From positions 1 to 18,421 of the forward strand of contig JAYPJE010000071.1 of assembly GCA_038128265.1 (NCBI GenBank): DNA of 18,421 nt. The letters are read 5' to 3'. The position numbers and the translations under genes are program-made. Origin of the DNA: Gemmatimonadota bacterium. GTDB lineage: Bacteria > Latescibacterota > UBA2968 > UBA8231. Within the stretch, counting starts at the first letter, position 1. Each line of letters opens with the position of its first letter. Positions 1-7,284 of this stretch are shown one piece after another. The notes under the pieces were generated by a model, which saw only the letters and a program-made list of their open reading frames with translations, was not told the origin of the DNA and searched no databases.

Positions 1-443
1 TTCTGCGCGCGGATAAAGTGGTCGGGGTGATGGCTGCCGGGGATCACGCGCAAACAGCCGCTGTCGCGCGTAAGCGGATCCAGGTAGAAGGCGATTTTAA
101 CGGCGAAGAGCTGGCTCCAGTTGCCGTCGGGATGCCAGCCGGTATCGCCGCTGTAGTAGTTGCCGTCGCCGCTGGCATAGTTAAAGCCCTCGCCCAGCAC
201 GCCGTCGCACAGGCCGACGATGCGCGCATCGTCGAGCAGGCCGCACAGGCGCGGACGGTGTTCAATGGGGCCGCCGAACATGGTGCGGCGCGATCCGTCG
301 TGCCCGTCGCCGCTGCCAAAGTGCTGGATGGAGTACTCGAATTCCTCGCTGATCCAGGCGACTTCGTCAGCCGAAAAAAGGGATGGAAAGTAGAGATAGC
401 CGAACGTGGCAAAGAAATCTATCTGCTGTTGCGTCAGTTGCAT
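1..443 (-). CDS. Phytanoyl-CoA dioxygenase (PhyH) family Fe(II)/2-oxoglutarate dioxygenase; 3' end runs off the window
   Basis: Not in the ORF track because it has no stop in the window. ATG at 443-441 with AGGAGG Shine-Dalgarno (cctcct 450-455). Manual translation MQLTQQQIDFFATFGYLYFPSLFS...DTGWHPDGN...KIAFYLDPLTRDSGCLRVIPGSHH shows the PhyH-type N-terminus, the HxD iron motif and the GCLRVIPGSH signature. Confidence 0.9.
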   Translation of the reverse strand, partial: MQLTQQQIDFFATFGYLYFPSLFSADEVAWISEEFEYSIQHFGSGDGHDGSRRTMFGGPIEHRPRLCGLLDDARIVGLCDGVLGEGFNYASGDGNYYSGDTGWHPDGNWSQLFAVKIAFYLDPLTRDSGCLRVIPGSHHPDHFIRAQ

Positions 444-589
444 AGCGCGCCTCCTATGGTTGGGCGGAGGCAAATATACGGCGGCCGTTACGACGCGTAA
501 ATATGCGGCGGACGCATCATTGGTAGGCCCACGCGGTTGTCGGCATCGACGCTCCTATATAGCTTTAAAGCCCTGGGAGAAAGCACGCT

Positions 590-1351
590 ATGAAACACAT
601 ACAGTTGGTAGATTTAGTCCCTGCCAATGCCTCCGTTAGCGCGCTGCCCGGCGTCCAGTTTCACACGCCCTGGCAGCGCTTTGACTACGCGGTATTAGCG
701 CCGGGTGAACAGCGGGCTGTCGACGCGACGGCGAGCAGAGGGGAATGGGGGTACCTCGTTCTCGAGGGCCAGGTGGAACTGACGGCTGGCGAAACGGTAG
801 GGCGCGGTGTGGCCCCAGGTTTTGTCGTTGGCCCGCTAGGCGCCGAACATGCGCTCAGCAACGTTGGAGATAGCGAAGCCCACGTGCTGTATGTGGCGGT
901 GGCAACGGACGCAGGCGGGGATGCACAGCGCATGAGTACGGGGGCTTTTGCCGGCGACCTGCTGACCTGGCGCGATGCCATTCACGGCGGCAGCGGTCGC
1001 ATTGCCACGCGCCATGTGCTGCGCCCAGAAGATTTTCACAGTACCTGGACCTTTCTCGATCACGCCGTGCTTGGCGCTGGCGGCTCAGTCGGATACCACT
1101 ACCACGACGCGCTGGAAGAGTGCTTTGTCGTGCTGCGCGGGCGCGGTCTTATGACGATTGACGACGAAACCTTTGAAGTGTCGCCTGGATCGGTCACCTG
1201 GCAGGGCATCGGTCAGGCGCACGGCATCTACAACCCCGGGCCGGACGAGCTGGACTTTCTGCGCGTGGCCGTAGCGCAGCCGCATGAGGAATACACGACC
1301 ATTGATTTGCACGACGATCTAGCGGGCCGCGCGCCCGATGGGAGAGAGTGA
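590..1351 (+). CDS. Two-domain cupin (bicupin) protein; C-terminal metal-binding cupin of TM1287-like type
   Basis: C-terminal half has HGGSG, VGYHYHDALEECFVVLRGRG and HGIYNPG (HxHxxxxE...H cupin metal motif). N-terminal half has cupin-like strands (YLVLEGQV, HALSNVG). GGGAG RBS upstream. Confidence 0.85.
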   Translation: MKHIQLVDLVPANASVSALPGVQFHTPWQRFDYAVLAPGEQRAVDATASRGEWGYLVLEGQVELTAGETVGRGVAPGFVVGPLGAEHALSNVGDSEAHVLYVAVATDAGGDAQRMSTGAFAGDLLTWRDAIHGGSGRIATRHVLRPEDFHSTWTFLDHAVLGAGGSVGYHYHDALEECFVVLRGRGLMTIDDETFEVSPGSVTWQGIGQAHGIYNPGPDELDFLRVAVAQPHEEYTTIDLHDDLAGRAPDGRE

Positions 1352-1352
1352 T

Positions 1353-2318
1353 ATGAGTAGCGATGTCGCCAAGCGCATGGCCGATGCGGCGGGTGCGTTC
1401 TTACTGGCGCTGGCCGCCGATCAGCAGGGCAAGGCACAGCTGGACTTTGCCGACGAAACCGAACGCACAAACTGGCACTACATACCGCGTGATCGCCAGG
1501 GCTTGCCCATCAAAGAGATGGATGAGCGCCAGCGTGGGTTGGCGCACGAACTTGTCGCTACCGGCGTCAGCGCGCGCGGCTACGACAAGGTGCGCACGAT
1601 TATGTCGCTAGAGGACGTGTTGGCCGAAGTCGAAGGAGCAGGGCGCCGCTTTCCGCGCGACCGCGCGCTGTACTATCTGAGCGTATTTGGTGACCCTGGC
1701 GGGGATGCGCCGTGGGGCTGGCGCTTTGAGGGGCACCACATATCGCTCAACTATACCATTGTCGATGGCCAAGTGGCTGGACCGACGCCCCTTTTCTTTG
1801 GATCCAATCCGGCGCAGGTGCGCCACGGCGAGCGCGAGGGGCTGCGTGCGCTACAAGAGGAAGAAGATCTCGGTCGCCAGCTGCTGCACGAGCTGGATGG
1901 AACGCAGCGGGAGCGAGCCATTATTACGGCCGAGGCGCCGGGCGATATCCTGACGACCAACGTGCCGCGCGTAGGCGACGAAGTGCGACCTGAAGGACTG
2001 GCCGGTGCCGATATGAGCGATAGCCAGCGCCAGGTGCTGCGCGCGCTCGTTGAGACCTACGTCGGACGCCTGCCCGAAGCGTGTGCGCAGGACGCGCTGC
2101 AGCGCATTGAGCAGGCCGATTGGGGCCAGGCCCATTTCGCTTGGGCCGGTAGTGAGGAAGTGGGGGGTCCGCACTACTACCGCGTGCAGGGTTCCATCTA
2201 CCTGGCCGAGTACGACAATACGCAGAACGATGCCAACCACATCCATGCGGTATGGCGCGATCTCGAACGCGACTTTGGTGAGGACGCCCTGCGTCGCCAC
2301 CTGCGCCAAGGTCACTGA
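1353..2318 (+). CDS. DUF3500 domain-containing protein
   Basis: Motifs WHYIP, YYLSVFGDP, WGWRFEGHHISLNYT, PLFFGSNP, HYYRVQG, EYDNTQNDANHIHAVWRD and DFG match DUF3500 proteins. Start moved to ATG 1353 (GGAGAG at 1341-1346), 1 nt after the cupin stop. Confidence 0.88.
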   Translation: MSSDVAKRMADAAGAFLLALAADQQGKAQLDFADETERTNWHYIPRDRQGLPIKEMDERQRGLAHELVATGVSARGYDKVRTIMSLEDVLAEVEGAGRRFPRDRALYYLSVFGDPGGDAPWGWRFEGHHISLNYTIVDGQVAGPTPLFFGSNPAQVRHGEREGLRALQEEEDLGRQLLHELDGTQRERAIITAEAPGDILTTNVPRVGDEVRPEGLAGADMSDSQRQVLRALVETYVGRLPEACAQDALQRIEQADWGQAHFAWAGSEEVGGPHYYRVQGSIYLAEYDNTQNDANHIHAVWRDLERDFGEDALRRHLRQGH

Positions 2319-2346
2319 TAGCAACCCTATTTTCAGTGGAGTAGCC

Positions 2347-4488
2347 ATGCAATCAGCCGTCGTCGCACCGCCCGTAGCACAGCGCGCCGTTTTCTTCGAA
2401 GAGCTGCATCGGCGCTTTGACCGTCAGCACTTCGACAACTGGGTTGTCTGGGCCGGCAATGAGTGCGTCGATATCGGCGGCGTCGAATTCGCTTCTACGC
2501 TGGCGCGCGCCTATATCCAGCCCGGGCGCTTTGGCGCAGAGGCGCGCGTGCGCTGCGAGCTCTTTGTGGCCGCGGTCGATGCGGCGCGCGTGCGGCCGCG
2601 CGATATTGACGCGCGCCTGTGGACGGATGCGCTGGGCGGTGACAGCGGGCGCTACGTGCCGATGCATCTCGTCCTAGGTGAAGATGGCTACCCGGCGCTG
2701 CGCGGCAACAATCTTCTATTCCAATCGGAACCCTTTTCGCTGGAACAGACAGGGGCCTTCAGCTACAGCGTCGAGTTCTCTGCCGACAGCCACGTCGACG
2801 CCGGTCGCAAGGAGTGGATTGCCGTCAATGATATTGCTGACAACCGCGACGGCGTGCTGGTCGTGAGCCCGCAGTGGGTGCAGTCTGGGCCTGTTATCAG
2901 CGAGGTATGCGCGCGCAAAGTGGGTGCGCGCATCGAGGACGGCGTCTTTCGCAGCGGGCGCATTGCCCACGTAACGGACGAATTGGAGCACATCGCCGCC
3001 GACGTGATCTACCTGCTGCCCTTTTACCTGCCGGGCTTTGCCGATATGCACAGCGGCGAAGACGTGCGCAAGGGAACGCTGGGCAGCGTCTATGCGGTGC
3101 GCGATTTCTTCCAACTCGATCCGGAGTTGGTAACGCCACTTGCAGAGGTTGATTGGCGGGCGCTCGTCGGAGAGGGCCTGCTGCGCGATGGCGATATCGA
3201 CGGCGTGGCGGCGGCCGATTTGGCCGCAATGTCGTCTCGCCAGCGCGCGGCGCTGGGGCACGATGCGCTCGTGCAGGCTGTAGGCCGGGCCGATCTGCGT
3301 GCGCTGACGCGGCGGGCCCATGCCTTGGGTAAAAAAGTGATTTTCGACCTGGTGCTCATGCAGACCAGCCGCGACTGCCCGCTGATCGAGACGCATCCCG
3401 AATTCTACGTGCGCGACGAGGACGGGCGTCCGGCTATTCACCGGATTGCCTGGCTGGTCTACAGCGATGTGGCCCTTTTCGACCTGGTATTTAACGAGCC
3501 GCTGCAGGAGTACCTGCTCGAAGTGGCGCCCTATTGGATGGATGCCTGCGACTTGGACGGCGTGCGCATTGACGCCAGCCAGACGGTGGATCGACCCTTC
3601 CTGAAAAGGATTAAAAACCGCATACAGCAGCTAAAACCGGAGGCATTGGTGCTGGGCGAGACGCTGTGTCCGCTGCACGAAGCCGTCGACGTGCCGGTCG
3701 ATATGGTCTATGCCCTAATGGTCGATTTTCACCGCGACGTCGAGCACGCCCGCCCGCTCAACGACTTTCTCGAAGAGGTCCACCGCAGCTTTGCGCCGGG
3801 CACGGTGGCGATGGCCTATTTCGAAAACCACGATAGCCCGCGCGCCACGCAGGTCTGGCGCGATAAGTACCGCGCGCTGCTCGATGGCGACGGCGCGGCG
3901 CGCGGCTATTGGCAGAGCGTGCTGCCGCCGGATGCCGATCCGGCGCTGTGCATGGCGCTGCTCAAAAACGCCCAGGCACTGTTCGTCGACGCGTCGGCTG
4001 GCTCGGCGGCGGGAACGAACCTGACGCGCGGCATGGAATGGGGCAGCGAGTGGGGCGAGGACGTGCGCACGGATTTCGAAAACGCCACTCTGTTACAGCC
4101 CGCGCTCAGAAGGCAAGCGCCGCACGGCGCGTTGACGCGCCTGTACGAGCGCGTATTTGCACAGCGCGGCGCGTGGACCGAGCTGCACAGCGGCAAAGTC
4201 TATTACCACCGCAACGATGCCGACGGCGGCGACGTAGACGACCGCCTCTTTGCCTACGTGCGCTACAGCGCACAGGGCGCTCTACTAGTCGTCCACAACG
4301 TTGATCCGGCGCGCGCCCATTCGATGCGCCTGCGTTTCGACTATTTGCAGAATGCGATTGCGCCGCGTGCGCTTTTTGACACCTGCGAATTTCTGCAGAT
4401 GGGTCCGAGCACGCCGCTCGCGTGCGCGGAGGATATGTGGCACGTCGAGCTGTCGCCGCTGCAGAGTCGGCTCTGGCGGCTTTTCTGA
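2347..4488 (+). CDS. Glycoside hydrolase family 13 (alpha-amylase family) protein with extra N-terminal domain, probably cytoplasmic
   Basis: DVIYLLP, RKGTLGSVYAVRDF, DGVRIDAS (nucleophile Asp, 3571-3573), LGET (acid/base Glu, 3658-3660), YFENHD (Asp 3832-3834) and a C-terminal LFAYVR/LLVVHN beta domain. Start ATG 2347 with GGAG at 2338-2341. No signal peptide evident. Confidence 0.85.
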   Translation: MQSAVVAPPVAQRAVFFEELHRRFDRQHFDNWVVWAGNECVDIGGVEFASTLARAYIQPGRFGAEARVRCELFVAAVDAARVRPRDIDARLWTDALGGDSGRYVPMHLVLGEDGYPALRGNNLLFQSEPFSLEQTGAFSYSVEFSADSHVDAGRKEWIAVNDIADNRDGVLVVSPQWVQSGPVISEVCARKVGARIEDGVFRSGRIAHVTDELEHIAADVIYLLPFYLPGFADMHSGEDVRKGTLGSVYAVRDFFQLDPELVTPLAEVDWRALVGEGLLRDGDIDGVAAADLAAMSSRQRAALGHDALVQAVGRADLRALTRRAHALGKKVIFDLVLMQTSRDCPLIETHPEFYVRDEDGRPAIHRIAWLVYSDVALFDLVFNEPLQEYLLEVAPYWMDACDLDGVRIDASQTVDRPFLKRIKNRIQQLKPEALVLGETLCPLHEAVDVPVDMVYALMVDFHRDVEHARPLNDFLEEVHRSFAPGTVAMAYFENHDSPRATQVWRDKYRALLDGDGAARGYWQSVLPPDADPALCMALLKNAQALFVDASAGSAAGTNLTRGMEWGSEWGEDVRTDFENATLLQPALRRQAPHGALTRLYERVFAQRGAWTELHSGKVYYHRNDADGGDVDDRLFAYVRYSAQGALLVVHNVDPARAHSMRLRFDYLQNAIAPRALFDTCEFLQMGPSTPLACAEDMWHVELSPLQSRLWRLF

Positions 4489-4629
4489 GTAATTCCTACC
4501 TTCAACCTATCCAGTCGGCTTCCCCCCTTTTTGGTTTCCCGACAGATAGATATCGACTAGAGAGGCCCGATTTTGCCCGCGAAAGCTATTCGCGCGCGGA
4601 CGCTGGCCATTTCAAGAGAGGATCACCCA

Positions 4630-5352
4630 ATGAAAAAGACACTGAGCTTGTTCAGTGCCGCTCTAGCGCTCGTTGTCGCCTGCGGAGCGCAGCAGCAGGA
4701 AACGTCGAATGCCATCACGCCTGAAACGGAAGAAGAAAAGCAGCTATACGCCATTGGTTTGAGCGTGGCGGGCAATACGCTGGGCACGTTTAAGGGCGAG
4801 TTCAATGCCGACGAAGTCGATTTAATCGCCGCTGGTTTTGCTGCTGGCATGCTCGAAGCCGAGGCAAAAGTCGATCTGGCCGAATACGGTCCAAAGCTCA
4901 ACGCCTATTTGCAGCAGCGCTTTCAAAACGTGCAGCAGCGCGTGGCCGAGCAGTCGGTCGTCGAGAAAGAAAAGGGCAAGGCCTACCTGGAACAGGCCGC
5001 GGCTGAATCGGGTGCGACCAAGACCGAATCGGGTATGGTATATATTGAACTACAGGCCGGGTCGGGCGCCCAGCCGCAGCCGACGGACAAGGTGAAAGTC
5101 CACTATACGGGTAAGCTGATCGACGGCACGGTATTCGACAGCTCGGTCGAGCGCGGCGAGCCCGTCACATTTGGTTTGAACCAGGTTATTCCCGGATGGA
5201 CAGAGGGGCTGGGCCTGATGAAAGTCGGCGGCAAGGCCCGACTGGTCATTCCCTCTGACTTGGCCTACGGCGACAGCTCACCGCCCGGCAGCAGCATTCC
5301 CGCCGGGGCCACGCTCGACTTCGAAGTAGAGCTGTTGAGCATAGAAGAATAG
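4630..5352 (+). CDS. fkpA: FKBP-type peptidyl-prolyl cis-trans isomerase (FkpA/Mip-like), predicted lipoprotein
   Basis: MKK plus hydrophobic stretch and VVAC lipobox; YAIG N-terminal dimerisation domain; VKVHYTGKLIDGTVFDSS, VIPGWTEGL, IPSDLAYG, IPAGATLDFEVELL. ATG 4630 with GAGGA RBS. Confidence 0.93.
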   Translation: MKKTLSLFSAALALVVACGAQQQETSNAITPETEEEKQLYAIGLSVAGNTLGTFKGEFNADEVDLIAAGFAAGMLEAEAKVDLAEYGPKLNAYLQQRFQNVQQRVAEQSVVEKEKGKAYLEQAAAESGATKTESGMVYIELQAGSGAQPQPTDKVKVHYTGKLIDGTVFDSSVERGEPVTFGLNQVIPGWTEGLGLMKVGGKARLVIPSDLAYGDSSPPGSSIPAGATLDFEVELLSIEE

Positions 5353-5373
5353 AGCGCAAGAGAGGAAGAGAGC

Positions 5374-6189
5374 ATGACAGATAAGAAGATTGGCGTCATC
5401 CACTACAACTGGCCCGGCTACGACCTGGAGGGTTTTGCTCAGCGGGCCAGCGAAATAGGCTACACCCACTGCGAAGTGCGTGCTGCCGATATTTGGGTAG
5501 GCGACGAAGTGGATGGGGCCCACCGCGCCGAAGAAGTGCGCGAACTATTGGCGCGCTATGGCATGCAGGTATCGGCGGTGGAAATTGGCAACGACTTTCT
5601 ACAGGCTGATCCGGTCGACCTCGATATGCAGGTGGCGCGCTACCGGGCGCGCTGTAAGGTGATTCCGCTGACCGGGTGTGACATTGCGCGATCGGACGGT
5701 GGATGGAACCGCAACGACCAGGTGCCGCAGGCGCAGTGGGATGGTATGATGCTCGATGCCTTCAAGCGCGTCGCCGACGGGCTCGAAGAGGCCGGCGTGC
5801 GCATTGCGCTGGACAATCACGGTGTGACGACTAACGATGGTGACTGGCAGTTAAGTCTGATTGAGCGCGTGGGTTCGCCGCGGCTGGGTGTCAACCTCGA
5901 CACCATGAACTACCGCTGGTTTGGCCACGAACTCGAAACGATTGATCGCTTTTACGAAATACTGGCACCGCACGTTTTTCACGTGCATATGAAAGACGGC
6001 ACGGGATCGCGCCAAGAGTATAAGGGCGCTGCGCTGGGCGAGGGTGAAATCAACTTAGAACACGCCGTTGCGCTGCTCGAGAAGGCCGGATATGAAGGAG
6101 CCTGGACGGCTGAGTATGAAGGGCCGGAAGCCGAGGGTGGAATCGGCTACGAGAAGTGCTATAGCTGGTTGGCTGATCGCTTGGGCTGA
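5374..6189 (+). CDS. Sugar phosphate isomerase/epimerase family protein (xylose isomerase-like / AP endonuclease 2 TIM barrel)
   Basis: Metal-ligand pattern ALDNHG, NLDTMN, HVHMKD, LGEGEIN, GYEGAWTAEYEG. GAGGA RBS. Confidence 0.87.
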   Translation: MTDKKIGVIHYNWPGYDLEGFAQRASEIGYTHCEVRAADIWVGDEVDGAHRAEEVRELLARYGMQVSAVEIGNDFLQADPVDLDMQVARYRARCKVIPLTGCDIARSDGGWNRNDQVPQAQWDGMMLDAFKRVADGLEEAGVRIALDNHGVTTNDGDWQLSLIERVGSPRLGVNLDTMNYRWFGHELETIDRFYEILAPHVFHVHMKDGTGSRQEYKGAALGEGEINLEHAVALLEKAGYEGAWTAEYEGPEAEGGIGYEKCYSWLADRLG

Positions 6190-6208
6190 GATCGCTATCT
6201 ACAGAAAA

Positions 6209-6249
6209 GCAAAAAGGTCGGGGGCATTGCGCTCCCGACCTTTTTTTGC
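6209..6249. terminator. Bidirectional rho-independent terminator
   Basis: AAAAAGGTCGGGGGC (6211-6225), loop ATTGC, GCTCCCGACCTTTTTTT (6231-6247): GC-rich stem flanked by A and T runs, lying between convergent genes. Confidence 0.9.
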
Positions 6250-6266
6250 TGCATATTTGCTGCGAT

Positions 6267-6590
6267 CTACTTTTCTACTTTGCGCACACTGGAGCGCTGT
6301 TTGCGCGCTTCGTCGTCTTGCTCTAGAGTGGTCATTTCGCCTTTAAGCCGATTGAGTCGCTTGAGTATTTTCGTCTTCTTGGCTATCAGCGTCACTTTGT
6401 TCTGACCGTTTACGGCATTCTGGCTCTGAGCGATTTTAAGCCGGTTGAGCACTTCTTGTTTGATGTGTCCGACGTGCGTAATCTGGTTCTTCATTCGGGC
6501 AACCATCTGCGCTGTTACCACTTTGACACCGATAGCGGCAAACATCAGTGCAAGGGCGGCAATCATCGTCGGTAATTCGGCTTCTTCCAT
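6267..6590 (-). CDS. Hypothetical small protein: single N-terminal transmembrane helix and basic coiled-coil tail
   Basis: ATG at 6590 with AGAGGA RBS; MIAALALMFAAIGVKVVTA hydrophobic segment followed by a Lys/Arg/Gln-rich helical region; ends just before the terminator. Confidence 0.7.
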   Translation of the reverse strand: MEEAELPTMIAALALMFAAIGVKVVTAQMVARMKNQITHVGHIKQEVLNRLKIAQSQNAVNGQNKVTLIAKKTKILKRLNRLKGEMTTLEQDDEARKQRSSVRKVEK

Positions 6591-6669
6591 ATCTAATCCT
6601 CTATTATGTAACAAGATACGAAGATGCCCTATTTCGGCAAGGTCTTCTTCATAGCGTGCAGCGAGCTGT

Positions 6670-7284
6670 TTAAGCCGACAGATTAATTCCGGTTAGCGCC
6701 GCCAGTGCGTGCGCCGCGTTCGCGGCGTGGTCAAAGTGCACGGTCTGCATACGAGCATGCTGAGCCGCCCGAATGCAGACCGGATTGTCGTCGACCAGAA
6801 TGCTCTTTTCGGGGGGGCAGTCGACCGTTTCAAGCACGTGGGAAAATGCGCGTGGGTCGGGTTTGAGCAGGCCGATTTCATGCGATAGAAAGATGTGTGA
6901 AAAGCAGTCGAGCACGGTGCAAATGCGCCTTGTAGCGCGCCACAGCAGGGGGTTGTTGTTGGAGAGGGCATACAGCGGATAACGAGCGGCTAGCCGGCGC
7001 ACCAATTGGGCCATGCCGTCGATTTCGTGCTGCACCAGCGCTTCGTACACGCGTACAAACTCTTGGCGGTCTACGCGGACGCGCAGGTCGGCACAAAACG
7101 CGTCGATGAATGCGTCGGTGTCCACTTCGCCGCGCTCGTAGGCCCGAAACACTTCGCTGTGCACAAACCAGTTGTCTACGTCTGCGGCGGTGTGGCGCTC
7201 CTGCAGGCCAGGCAGGGTGAGCAGACCGGGCACGCCGGCCGTGCGCACGAGCGTGTCGCAGAGATCAAAAATGATGACGGTCAC
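6670..7284 (-). CDS. HAD-superfamily phosphatase (YihX-like, subfamily IA)
   Basis: Motif I IIFDLCDTL, motif II LSNN, motif III SHEIGLLKPD, motif IV LVDDN. GTG start overlaps the hrpA stop (GTGA). Confidence 0.88.
   Translation of the reverse strand: MTVIIFDLCDTLVRTAGVPGLLTLPGLQERHTAADVDNWFVHSEVFRAYERGEVDTDAFIDAFCADLRVRVDRQEFVRVYEALVQHEIDGMAQLVRRLAARYPLYALSNNNPLLWRATRRICTVLDCFSHIFLSHEIGLLKPDPRAFSHVLETVDCPPEKSILVDDNPVCIRAAQHARMQTVHFDHAANAAHALAALTGINLSA

Noticed and set aside
18..500. 160-aa plus-strand ORF and 122-aa minus-strand ORF (44-412)
   Set aside because: Shadow frames of the PhyH gene, which has a strong RBS and clear family motifs.
488..571. Short palindromes in the phyH-cupin intergenic region (TTACG-ACG-CGTAA, CTATATAG, GCTTTAAAGC)
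   Set aside because: Too short and unrelated to each other, and no adjacent regulator gene supports an operator call.
2050..2346. 99-aa N-terminal extension of the GH13 ORF
   Set aside because: Overlaps the DUF3500 gene in another frame; the RBS supports ATG 2347.
4489..4629. Possible structured RNA or riboswitch upstream of the FKBP gene (small CGCGAA/TTCGCG hairpin)
   Set aside because: A single short hairpin with no recognisable RNA family consensus.
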